From assembly GCA_037131675.1 (NCBI GenBank), contig JBAXQO010000002.1, forward strand, positions 15,166 through 79,165: 64,000 nucleotides of DNA. The letters are read 5' to 3'. This DNA comes from a bacterium (GTDB lineage Bacteria > Patescibacteriota > Minisyncoccia > Phycocordibacterales > CAIZIN01). The notes beneath the pieces are model-generated. The model saw nothing but the letters and a program-made list of their open reading frames with translations, was not told the origin of the DNA and searched no databases. The translations under genes were made by a program, and so were the position numbers. Shown one piece after another: positions 46,836 to 55,963 of this stretch (positions within the stretch are counted from its first letter, which is position 1; every line of letters starts with the position of its first letter).

Positions 46836-47567
46836 GTGAGTGATGAAAATTTGAAACGTTTGGATGGCCACGATATTTCCGTGATAATGAGGATGTTCGG
46901 CTTCTTCTTTAAAAAGTTTGCTCTTGTCTTGGTCAGTCGGCCAAGCACAGGAAAAGGGAAACTCGCGGGTGTTTTGGAAAGACTTGGCTTTGTGGCTGTG
47001 TCCTGTAGTGGGGCATTGACCGAAATGGCTGAAGCGGATCCTGAAAATCCGGAAATGCAGAAAATTCTGAAGGAACTGCGCAGTGGAGAACTTGTCGAGA
47101 AACATCATGTTCTCAGGGCTGTCCGCATGAAATTGGCGTTTAATCGTGGTGACTCAGCTATCGTTTTCGACGGCTTCCCACGAAAAGATGTTCAGGCTGT
47201 AGATCTGAAGCAGATTCTCGAAGACTTAAACCTTCCGTGTTTTGCCTTGGAGCTCAGATGTACTCGTGAGGAGGCGAATGTGCGCAGGTCTCAGCGTATC
47301 CATGAGGCTAGAGAAAATGGCAACCCTCCTCGCGAAGAGGATGTTAATGTGGAAAAGTGGAATAATCGCCAAGATCAATACGAAGAACATTACGCTTCTT
47401 TGAGAAAAACTCTATCGGAATTTGCGTGTTATCGTGTGATCGAGACAACTCACGGTTCAAGGCTCGAGAATCATTGCCTTGCTCTCAGAGAGATCATGGT
47501 CTTCATTGTCCTTACTCTTCTGAGGTTGCCAAAGGCGGTAAAAGACCGTTATTTCGCAAGGGTTTAG
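46836..47567 (+). CDS. adenylate-kinase-like (NMP kinase fold) protein with a degenerate P-loop
   Basis: GTG start with RBS AGGAGG. The Adk-type motif IVFDGFPRKDVQAVDL and an LID-like R-rich segment are present, but the P-loop reads SRPSTGKGK instead of GxPGxGKGT. GC is roughly 47%. Confidence 0.55.
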   Translation: MSDENLKRLDGHDISVIMRMFGFFFKKFALVLVSRPSTGKGKLAGVLERLGFVAVSCSGALTEMAEADPENPEMQKILKELRSGELVEKHHVLRAVRMKLAFNRGDSAIVFDGFPRKDVQAVDLKQILEDLNLPCFALELRCTREEANVRRSQRIHEARENGNPPREEDVNVEKWNNRQDQYEEHYASLRKTLSEFACYRVIETTHGSRLENHCLALREIMVFIVLTLLRLPKAVKDRYFARV

Positions 47568-47577
47568 TTCAGTTTGT

Positions 47578-47620
47578 AAAGCGCAGGTTCCGAAAGGATT
47601 CCTGCGCTTTTTATTTTTAT
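47578..47620. terminator. bidirectional rho-independent terminator
   Basis: aaagcgcagg-13 nt-cctgcgcttt followed by ttatttttatttttt. Confidence 0.65.
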
Positions 47621-47626
47621 TTTTTC

Positions 47627-48289
47627 TTAATTCCTAATCGGAGCGTTTTTTATTATTTCCAGAATCTTGTCTTCGTCGTCTGTGATTGTGTATAGGTCTG
47701 TGTCTTCTGCACTAATGGTGTAGTGGTGTGAAAGCATATCTTCTTGTATGAGGGTGTTGAGGGGTTTCCAATATTCTTCGCCGACAAGAATTATTGGAAC
47801 TTTTTCAATTTTTCCAGTCTGCACAAGAGTGAGTACTTCGAAAAGCTCATCAAATGTACCAAAACCTCCCGGAAAGAAAAGATATGCCTCTGCGGCAAAC
47901 CACATCATTGTTTTTCGAGAGAAAAAGAAATTGAAATCAAGTTTTCCTGTTAAATAAGGGTTGTCTTTTTGTTCATGCGGAAGTTTTATTGTAAATCCTA
48001 TAGACTGCCCGCCTGCATCGTGAGCTCCCTTATTTGCAGCTTCCATAATACCTGGGCCTCCACCAGTCACAACAACATATTCTAATTCTTTAGCAACCCT
48101 GTATCCAATATGTTCTGCTTTTTTATAATAAACATCATCCGGTTTGAATCTTGCTGACCCAAAAAAGGTTACTGATTTTTTATAGCTATGAATATATTTA
48201 AATCCATCCTCGAATTCTTTGTGTATTGATAAAAGTCTTTCTTTCTCTGACATGTGTTCAATAGTGATCGCTTTTGTTTTTTCATTCAT
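47627..48289 (-). CDS. LOG-family cytokinin riboside 5'-monophosphate phosphoribohydrolase-like protein (TIGR00730)
   Basis: VTGGGPGIMEAANKGA and PGGFGTFDELFE signatures. The start is chosen at MNEKTK; it could instead be MSEKER at 48253. Confidence 0.8.
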   Translation of the reverse strand: MNEKTKAITIEHMSEKERLLSIHKEFEDGFKYIHSYKKSVTFFGSARFKPDDVYYKKAEHIGYRVAKELEYVVVTGGGPGIMEAANKGAHDAGGQSIGFTIKLPHEQKDNPYLTGKLDFNFFFSRKTMMWFAAEAYLFFPGGFGTFDELFEVLTLVQTGKIEKVPIILVGEEYWKPLNTLIQEDMLSHHYTISAEDTDLYTITDDEDKILEIIKNAPIRN

Positions 48290-48357
48290 ATAGAGAATAT
48301 TGTATGTGAATAACGATACTTTTGCAAAAATGAATTCTCGATGTAAAATGAAAGGAT

Positions 48358-48834
48358 ATGAAAAAACTTTCACGTAATCAAATAATAGCCGTTACTGTAG
48401 GTATAGTGTTGGTAGCTGGCTATGTTGCGTATTCATCATTTGGTTTGTCGTCTTCATTATCATTAAATAATCTTAGTTTAAATACAATGCAGCAAGGTTC
48501 AAATAATCAATCATCACAATTACTTGTAGAAGATATAACTGTAGGTACTGGTACAGAGGCTGTGGCCGGAAAGCATGTGACTGTAAATTATAAAGGAACA
48601 TTGATAGATGGAACTGTATTTGATAGTTCATATGAGCGTGGTACGCCTTTTGATTTTGATTTAGGAGCAGGACAGGTGATTGCTGGATGGGATCAAGGTC
48701 TTGTAGGAATGAAAGTTGGAGGTAAGAGAAAGCTTGTTATTCCAGCGACATTAGCATATGGAGATAGAGCGATAGGACCAATTCCTGCAAATTCCACTCT
48801 TGTATTTGAGGTTGAGCTTTTGGGAGTGAAATAA
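48358..48834 (+). CDS. FKBP-type peptidyl-prolyl cis-trans isomerase, membrane-anchored
   Basis: N-terminal TM plus the FKBP domain [18 protein letters not shown]...[21 protein letters not shown]. Confidence 0.85.
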   Translation: MKKLSRNQIIAVTVGIVLVAGYVAYSSFGLSSSLSLNNLSLNTMQQGSNNQSSQLLVEDITVGTGTEAVAGKHVTVNYKGTLIDGTVFDSSYERGTPFDFDLGAGQVIAGWDQGLVGMKVGGKRKLVIPATLAYGDRAIGPIPANSTLVFEVELLGVK

Positions 48835-48853
48835 TTAAGTTTTATTTATTCAA

Positions 48854-48886
48854 AAAACCGCAATGAAATCGTTGTGGTTTTTTGTT
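48854..48886 (+). terminator. rho-independent terminator after the FKBP gene
   Basis: aaaaccgcaa-tgaaatcg-ttgtggtttt with one G-U wobble, followed by a T-run. Confidence 0.5.
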
Positions 48887-48943
48887 ATAAAAATAGTGCA
48901 AAAGAAAAAGAGGTCTGCTAGAAGCATGCCTCTTGGTTGTGGG

Positions 48944-49156
48944 TTATCTTACTAAAAAAGCCCTATTGTCTTTAACTGTGATATCACCTTGTCTATCGAG
49001 CCAGTGAATAAAATCTTTCAAACTTTGGCCGGAAGGAAGCAGTGTCATGCTGTATCTCCAAAGCCCAGGGATGTACACACCCCTCTTGAGTCTGCAAAGA
49101 ATTTCTTCCACTTCTATTCTACGACTAGGTAACTTATTTTTTGGTAATTGGGCCAT
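48944..49156 (-). CDS. small hypothetical protein
   Basis: 70-aa ORF with an RBS GAAAGGA 8 nt upstream and a hairpin/U-tract terminator downstream (48908-48934 on the minus strand). Confidence 0.4.
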   Translation of the reverse strand: MAQLPKNKLPSRRIEVEEILCRLKRGVYIPGLWRYSMTLLPSGQSLKDFIHWLDRQGDITVKDNRAFLVR

Positions 49157-49282
49157 AAAACAAAGATCCTTTCTCTATAAAAAATATTAACATAAAGTAT
49201 GGTTTTAGTAAAATTATAGACTTGTTTTTTATATCATATATGATACAATGCTCGCGGGTGAGAGATTGAAAATTTAAAAAAT

Positions 49283-49330
49283 CTTCCCCTTGCGAGTCGG
49301 CGCCACAGGTTCCAATTCGCGAGGGGAAGA
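49283..49330 (+). promoter_or_regulatory. 15-bp anti-SD/SD helix sequestering the ribosome-binding site of a small ORF
   Basis: tcttccccttgcgag (49283-97) pairs with ttcgcgaggggaaga (49316-30) at 15 bp including two G-U wobbles. The right arm contains the GAGGGGAAGA Shine-Dalgarno 5 nt before the ATG at 49336. A TGnTACAAT extended -10 lies at 49240-49248. Confidence 0.4.
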
Positions 49331-49335
49331 GAGTG

Positions 49336-49581
49336 ATGAGCTCTGGCGAGTGTCTAGTCCGCACTACGCAAAAGTTTCCTCTCGTAAAGATACCAACCAT
49401 GGGAATCTTTCGAGCGATAGGCCTTGCTTTAGCTATCATCACTTTAAAACTTCTTGCGCCTGACATATGGCATGCGCTGGAAGGAACCCTCTTGGTGTTC
49501 TTTAATACCTTGCAAAGAACTTTGGCATTTGCGCCAGCAGATATTTTGCAAAGTAACGTAATCAGTGTGCCAAAAATTTAG
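49336..49581 (+). CDS. small hydrophobic protein, hypothetical
   Basis: 81 aa with one predicted TM helix (GIFRAIGLALAIITLKLLAP). Preceded by the sequestered SD and followed by a GC hairpin plus U-rich tract. Confidence 0.35.
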   Translation: MSSGECLVRTTQKFPLVKIPTMGIFRAIGLALAIITLKLLAPDIWHALEGTLLVFFNTLQRTLAFAPADILQSNVISVPKI

Positions 49582-49608
49582 CACCCGATAACGTAAACGT
49601 TTTTCTAA

Positions 49609-49650
49609 GGCCGCTTGCATTCGCATGCGGCCTTTATCATTTGCATTTTA
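49609..49650 (+). terminator. GC hairpin with U-rich tail
   Basis: ggccgc-12 nt-gcggcc followed by tttatcatttgcattttaattt. Confidence 0.4.
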
Positions 49651-49651
49651 A

Positions 49652-50890
<1,239 letters not shown>

Positions 50891-50902
50891 CTTTTGTGGG
50901 CA

Positions 50903-50945
50903 AATAAAATAAAACCGCCAGTCTGAAAATTCAGGTTAGCGGTAT
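50903..50945. terminator. bidirectional terminator hairpin
   Basis: accgccagtctgaa / ttcaggttagcggt (13 of 14 bp) with an A/T-rich tail on the minus strand. Confidence 0.55.
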
Positions 50946-50947
50946 TT

Positions 50948-51505
50948 CTATGAAGACATCGAGCAGGATGCTGTCGGAATACATAGAGTCACTAGGTCAT
51001 AGTGGGGTTTGGGATAAAGAAGAAAAGTTTGATGAGTGGTCATCGTACAGATTTCAAATCCATGTTCCGTTTCTTTGAGATAGATGTAACAGTATGTACC
51101 CTGGGCAGATTCTTTGAATGTTCCATGAGTGAGAATTATCAATTTTTTCCCAGGGCTTGGTCTTTCTGGTAGGTTTGGTCCGCTTCCGTTTTTAGTTTGG
51201 TGACTAAAGATTGCGTCTACAGACCATAGACAAAGAGGCATAATCTCGCCTTTCGCGGCAACTTCCAAAAGTTTTTCGTGTGCTACACCTGCATTGATTT
51301 GAATTTCGTCGCTTTCGAGAGCGATTGGTCCAAAGCTGAGTTTTGACGGAAGGTTGATTTGATTGAAAGGTAGAGCGTATTCTTCTGAAATTTGAGCTCT
51401 AATTTTCATCATTTCAATCAGATTACGGTCTCTGTTTATGGGCCACCGGTCAAACTCAAGACCGAGAAGCTCTTGATTTGCTGGAGTGGGTTTGAGGATT
51501 TTCAT
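50948..51505 (-). CDS. hypothetical protein
   Basis: 185-aa ORF with no recognised motifs and a terminator downstream. Confidence 0.45.
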   Translation of the reverse strand: MKILKPTPANQELLGLEFDRWPINRDRNLIEMMKIRAQISEEYALPFNQINLPSKLSFGPIALESDEIQINAGVAHEKLLEVAAKGEIMPLCLWSVDAIFSHQTKNGSGPNLPERPSPGKKLIILTHGTFKESAQGTYCYIYLKETEHGFEICTMTTHQTFLLYPKPHYDLVTLCIPTASCSMSS

Positions 51506-51640
51506 AAGGAGCTGGTTACTGGTGAGGTACTTTAATTCAAAGGTGTGTATCTGTCAAAAAAGAAAAAGCGCACGAGGTGAATCGTGTGCCTTATAACTTT
51601 TACGTTGGTTTGCTCAGTTGGACTTGTTGTTTTTTCTTAC

Positions 51641-52132
51641 TTAGGCTTCAGATACTGATGTTGGTTGGGGTCGAGTAATCAAATCAATGATTTGCTTTGC
51701 AATCTCTTCTGCCTCCGGTCCTTTGTAATCGGCAAATACAAACTTTTCCCGCAGGGCTTCCATATTTGAACCTGTGAGATATGGTTTGTACTTTTCGTCG
51801 AGGTGGTCCCAAAGCATATCGCTGTAAGTATTTCTTGGGTCTGTGAGAAAGTCGATAATAACAAAGGACATATTTTTCATGTCGGATCCTTTTCGAGGAC
51901 CTAAAGTTTTCAGCCAATCTTGTGACCAGTTTTTACACATTTCTGGAAAAATTTCTTTGATTATATTGGCATCGTCCCGCATTTCGCGATAGTCCTGAAC
52001 CCTGCCGGCTCTTTCAGTGAGGAGGGCAAGTAAGTGTTGTTTCAACAAGAAAATAATATTCTCCCGTTCTATCAGTGTTAAGGTCTCTTTATGTTGCATT
52101 AAATAACTCCTTTCCGCCCATGACAATACCAC
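51641..52132 (-). CDS. hypothetical protein
   Basis: 163-aa ORF with no recognised motifs, separated from the downstream orphan by a 135-nt spacer. Confidence 0.45.
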   Translation of the reverse strand: MVLSWAERSYLMQHKETLTLIERENIIFLLKQHLLALLTERAGRVQDYREMRDDANIIKEIFPEMCKNWSQDWLKTLGPRKGSDMKNMSFVIIDFLTDPRNTYSDMLWDHLDEKYKPYLTGSNMEALREKFVFADYKGPEAEEIAKQIIDLITRPQPTSVSEA

Positions 52133-52156
52133 TTAAATAAGGTAATATCAAACTGA

Positions 52157-54283
52157 ATGTCAGTTTTCAAACTTAAAAGCGAATACGAGCCAGCGGGCGA
52201 CCAGCCGAAAGCTATTTCGGATCTTGTTTCCAGTATCAAAAAAGGCAGCAGAGACCAAACTCTTTTGGGTGTGACTGGTTCCGGAAAGACATTTACAATG
52301 GCAAATGTGATTTCTAAAATAGGGAAGCCGACACTTGTAATTGCTCACAATAAAACTCTCGCTGCCCAGCTCGCCCAAGAGTATAAAGAATTTTTTCCTG
52401 AAAACGCTGTACACTATTTCGTATCCTACTATGACTACTATCAGCCAGAAGCTTATATGCCAGTCTCTGATACATATATCGAAAAAGAAGCGATGATCAA
52501 TGAGGAAATTGAACGACTTCGCCACGCTTCCACACAAGCGCTTCTCACTCGGAAAGATGTCATTATTGTTGCATCAGTTTCTTGTATTTACGGTCTTGGC
52601 TCTCCAGAGGAGTATGAAAAAGTGAATTTGAAAATTTCTGTAGGTGACAAATTTGGCCGAATGGATTTGCTTGAAAAACTTATTGATATTCATTTCGAGC
52701 GCACGAATGCGGACTTGAAGTCTGGACAACTTCGTGCTGTGGGAAACACAGTTGAAGTGATGCCTGTGTCTGAGCAATACATAATCCGTTTCAGTTTTGA
52801 TGGAAATGAAGTCGCTTCAATTTCAAAAATCGACGCTGTGACGCGCAGAATTATCTCTGAAGAAAAATCTACTTTTATTTTCCCTGCAAAACATTTCATT
52901 ACAGACGAAGCTCAGCAAAAGAAAGCATTTGAAAGTATTAAAAAAGAGCTTGACCACAGATTGAAAGAACTTGAAAAAGAAGGGAAAGTTTTAGAAGTTG
53001 AAAGACTAAAACGACGCACAACATACGACCTTGCACTCATTCGCGAAGTTGGCTACTGCAACGGTATTGAAAACTACTCACGACATTTTTCTGGGAAAAA
53101 AGCTGGCGAGGCGCCAGATACACTACTTTCATATTTTTCACGAAAAGCTGATGGTTCGGCAGATTTTCTCACTATTATTGATGAGTCACATGTAACAGTT
53201 CCGCAAATTGGTGGAATGTTTGCTGGTGATCAGTCTCGAAAACAAACTCTTGTTGAATATGGTTTTCGCTTACCTTCAGCAAAAGATAACCGTCCACTCA
53301 AATTTGATGAATTTGAAAAAAGAGTCGGGCAAGTTATATACACATCTGCAACTCCTGGAAAATATGAACTTGAAAAATCTGGAAAACCAGTGGAGATGGT
53401 AATCCGCCCCACTGGACTTCTAGACCCGATTGTTGAAGTGAAACCAATAGTTGAGAAAGGAAAATACAAAGGGCAAGTTTTTGATTTTATTGATGAAGCT
53501 GCTGCAGTGGTAAAAAAAGGTGACCGAGTGATAGCCACGACACTTACAAAAAAAATGGCAGAAGATTTAAGTGAATATCTTTCGGAAAAAGGACTTGCAT
53601 CAAAATATCTGCATAGTGATATTAAAACTATTGAACGAATCGAGCTTCTCTCGGCTTTTCGTCGAGGTGAATTTGATTGTCTTGTTGGGGTAAACTTGCT
53701 TCGAGAAGGTTTAGACCTGCCAGAAGTTTCTTTGATTGGAATTTTAGATGCCGACAAAGAAGGTTTTCTCCGTTCTGAAACATCTCTCATTCAGACTATT
53801 GGTCGTGCTGCTCGAAATGCGGCAGGGCGAGTGGTTTTGTACGCGGATAATATGACAGGCTCCATGACTCGAGCGATTTCTGAAACGCAACGTCGTAGAA
53901 CACTTCAAGAAAAATACAATACAGAACACGGCATTACTCCAAAAACGATTATCAAAAAAATCCACGATATTACAAGTCAACTTCAAAATGATCACAAGAA
54001 AGCTGTGTCAGCACTGCTCTCCATAGATGAAATTCTTTTACAAAAAGATCCGAAGAAACTTTTAGATGAAAAAGAAGAGCAAATGGGCCAGGCTGTGCAA
54101 GATCTAGATTTTGAAACAGCTGCAATTTTGCGTGATGAGATAATTGAAATTAAAGAAAAGATAGGAAAGAAAATGGGCGATATGACACAGCTCGACAGAA
54201 AGCTCGCAGCAAAATTTGATAAAGAATTTTTGAATGAGTTTCCAAAAGAAAAAAAGAAAGGAACACGAAAGAAAAAGAATTAA
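52157..54283 (+). CDS. uvrB: excinuclease ABC subunit B
   Basis: Helicase motif I GVTGSGKTFT, beta-hairpin region, and C-terminal UVR domain (DFETAAILRDEI). Confidence 0.95.
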   Translation: MSVFKLKSEYEPAGDQPKAISDLVSSIKKGSRDQTLLGVTGSGKTFTMANVISKIGKPTLVIAHNKTLAAQLAQEYKEFFPENAVHYFVSYYDYYQPEAYMPVSDTYIEKEAMINEEIERLRHASTQALLTRKDVIIVASVSCIYGLGSPEEYEKVNLKISVGDKFGRMDLLEKLIDIHFERTNADLKSGQLRAVGNTVEVMPVSEQYIIRFSFDGNEVASISKIDAVTRRIISEEKSTFIFPAKHFITDEAQQKKAFESIKKELDHRLKELEKEGKVLEVERLKRRTTYDLALIREVGYCNGIENYSRHFSGKKAGEAPDTLLSYFSRKADGSADFLTIIDESHVTVPQIGGMFAGDQSRKQTLVEYGFRLPSAKDNRPLKFDEFEKRVGQVIYTSATPGKYELEKSGKPVEMVIRPTGLLDPIVEVKPIVEKGKYKGQVFDFIDEAAAVVKKGDRVIATTLTKKMAEDLSEYLSEKGLASKYLHSDIKTIERIELLSAFRRGEFDCLVGVNLLREGLDLPEVSLIGILDADKEGFLRSETSLIQTIGRAARNAAGRVVLYADNMTGSMTRAISETQRRRTLQEKYNTEHGITPKTIIKKIHDITSQLQNDHKKAVSALLSIDEILLQKDPKKLLDEKEEQMGQAVQDLDFETAAILRDEIIEIKEKIGKKMGDMTQLDRKLAAKFDKEFLNEFPKEKKKGTRKKKN

Positions 54284-54284
54284 A

Positions 54285-54318
54285 AAACCGCTCACAAAAT
54301 CGAGCGGTTTTTCTTTTC
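54285..54318 (+). terminator. rho-independent terminator after uvrB
   Basis: aaccgctc-acaaaat-gagcggtt followed by tttcttttc. Confidence 0.65.
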
Positions 54319-54325
54319 AAACTTT

Positions 54326-54682
54326 TTATCTTTGAACTGTGGAAACTAAATTAGAGAACAGAGAGATGATGTTCGCCACGTTATCCAATACCTGGTTAAG
54401 CGCCACTTGTTCTTGTTGTGCTTGTGCTTGCCCAAGAAGTGTTTGGTCTCGCAAAATCTGATTTTGTTTATTTGCTATTGCGATACTCAACTGATTGAGA
54501 GTCTGTAGCAGTTGTGGAGCTATGGCTTTAATATCAGCAATTGTAATCATTTGACTCGTTGTGCCCGATTGAGTTGTTACAGTTTGGGTTGTTGTGGATG
54601 TTTGATATGTTTGGGCATGTATTGGACTCATTGGGGCGATTAAAAACAAAGCTAAAATAACAAAAGATAATGTCTTTTTCAT
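54326..54682 (-). CDS. secreted Gln/Thr-rich coiled protein, hypothetical
   Basis: Signal peptide MKKTLSFVILALFLIAPMSPIHA, then a T/Q-rich low-complexity and helical region. Confidence 0.45.
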   Translation of the reverse strand: MKKTLSFVILALFLIAPMSPIHAQTYQTSTTTQTVTTQSGTTSQMITIADIKAIAPQLLQTLNQLSIAIANKQNQILRDQTLLGQAQAQQEQVALNQVLDNVANIISLFSNLVSTVQR

Positions 54683-54808
54683 AATTATGTAGAATTATAG
54701 TTATTAAAGAACTCTTTTTACGAAAGAGTTGTGTTTGTAAAAATAGACAAGTCGGCCTGGTGACTTTCCTCTCCATTCTACCTCTTTTAAAAATAAAGCA
54801 AAGTAAAA

Positions 54809-54830
54809 CCCCAAGCCGAATTGCTTGGGG
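54809..54830 (-). terminator. terminator hairpin for the minus-strand gene at 54869-55504
   Basis: Perfect 8-bp stem ccccaagc-cgaatt-gcttgggg with a U-tract on the minus strand. Confidence 0.55.
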
Positions 54831-54868
54831 TAGGAGTTGAACGCATATCTCCTGAAAGCGGGTTTTTA

Positions 54869-55504
54869 TTAACTTGTGAGGACGGCAGATGGGTCGTAGA
54901 ATGTCCACTCACTGTCGAGCCAATTGCAACGCCAATTCCACACCTCAGCAGAACAAATCCAGCATGCTGATAGAATGAAACGATTGTTACGTATCTTAAA
55001 GATCGTGCCGTCGAAGTAGATATGGGTTACTTTGCCTCTCGTCTTCTTTTTCCAACTTTCTGGAATTAGGTTTTTGTTCTTCCAAAGAGTCTGGAAAACT
55101 TTGGCGTCGAGGCGGATATTATTTGCTTCTTTGAGACGCTTCAGTTTTTCTTCGCCACCCACAACGTTCTCTCCGTCCTTGAGCATTGTCTCGAGGTGGA
55201 CATTAGTGAGGTCAATTTCGGTGAGGGCGAGACTGCGTTCGTCCTCCTCTTCGATGGTCCAGCCGTCGCCAAGGAATTTCAGGTCAAAAGGTGTAGTTCG
55301 GTCAATTGTGATGATTTTGGATTCTCCGACAATTACTCGACCGCCGTTCTTGAGGAAAGCAGTGAACTGAGCACCGGCTTCCTTTGGATGCTGAAGCGCC
55401 CACTCAACTGTTGAGTCGGGAACTTTGCTGAGGTCGACGTTGTTGTTCAGAACTCCCATAAGCCGTAAAGCTCTGTTGGGGTCTGTGATTGGCTTACTAT
55501 TCAT
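54869..55504 (-). CDS. hypothetical protein in a GC-elevated block
   Basis: 211-aa ORF at about 46% GC with plus-strand shadow ORFs and a Trp/Cys-rich C-terminus (CWICSAEVWNWRCNW). Confidence 0.45.
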   Translation of the reverse strand: MNSKPITDPNRALRLMGVLNNNVDLSKVPDSTVEWALQHPKEAGAQFTAFLKNGGRVIVGESKIITIDRTTPFDLKFLGDGWTIEEEDERSLALTEIDLTNVHLETMLKDGENVVGGEEKLKRLKEANNIRLDAKVFQTLWKNKNLIPESWKKKTRGKVTHIYFDGTIFKIRNNRFILSACWICSAEVWNWRCNWLDSEWTFYDPSAVLTS

Positions 55505-55580
55505 GAGCTTACCTTTCTTTTTAAGTTACGCTGACCATTTCTTTCACGGATTGCGAAAGCTATAGCTGACGTTCTGTGGT

Positions 55581-55630
55581 ATTTACCGCATAACACAAAG
55601 GTCATAAAACCTCTCTGTTATGCGGTAAAT
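55581..55630. promoter_or_regulatory. perfect 15-bp inverted repeat with a 20-bp spacer upstream of the uvrA operon
   Basis: atttaccgcataaca (55581-95) and tgttatgcggtaaat (55616-30) are exact reverse complements. No U-tract on either side. Confidence 0.4.
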
Positions 55631-55765
55631 CTTGCAAGTTGGAATGTAAAAGAACTTGTTTCATATTTTTACTATTATTAAGCGCTCATGTCAAGTATCA
55701 GAAACGGCGGATTTAGGATAGTATTTGACTACATATACCCCTAGTGAGCAAGAGAGGGGGATTTG

Positions 55766-55963
55766 ATGCGTATGAAAAAAGAAAACCCCAAAGGCGAAAT
55801 AAGTGTTGAAAAACTTAGTCATTTCAGGTGCTGTCTTTGCGGTAAGTGGTGGAGCATAGGAGATGCTCTAAAACGAAAAGAATGGCATTGCCCACGGTGC
55901 GGAGAGAAGCAAGAGTTCTCAACTGAAAGTAAACCAAAATTTAAATATGAAACCAGAAAATAA
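55766..55963 (+). CDS. small zinc-ribbon protein
   Basis: RBS AGAGAGGGGG 6 nt upstream. Pattern CCLCGKWW...HCPRCGEK (CxxC-x17-CxxC). Overlaps the uvrA start by 17 nt. Confidence 0.5.
   Translation: MRMKKENPKGEISVEKLSHFRCCLCGKWWSIGDALKRKEWHCPRCGEKQEFSTESKPKFKYETRK

Noticed and set aside
49161-49200. An A-rich stretch ...TTTCTCTATAAAAAATATTAA resembling the preQ1-I riboswitch tail (CCCTCTATAAAAAACTAA), upstream of the queuosine gene tgt.
   Set aside because: No adequate P1 stem precedes the A-tract (only about 3 bp). It lies about 480 nt from tgt. It is better explained as the 5' UTR and RBS region (GAAAGGA) of the minus-strand small gene at 48944-49156.
49470-49500. GGAAGGAA within gcgctggaaggaaccctcttgg, reminiscent of the SRP RNA domain IV GGAA tetraloop region. 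Also considered whether 49250-49650 is tmRNA or RNase P RNA.
   Set aside because: Flanking sequence does not form the symmetric or asymmetric internal loops of SRP helix 8. No tRNA-like T-arm (GGTTCGANTCC) or tag-reading frame for tmRNA was found, and no P4 (AGGAAAGTCCGGGC / ACAGAA) for RNase P. The segment lies inside a plausible small ORF.
55645-55665. Possible Gram-positive-type LexA (Cheo) box GAACTTGTTTC upstream of uvrA.
   Set aside because: It is 11 nt rather than 12, and the second half-site is TTTC, not GTTC. There is no palindromic symmetry.
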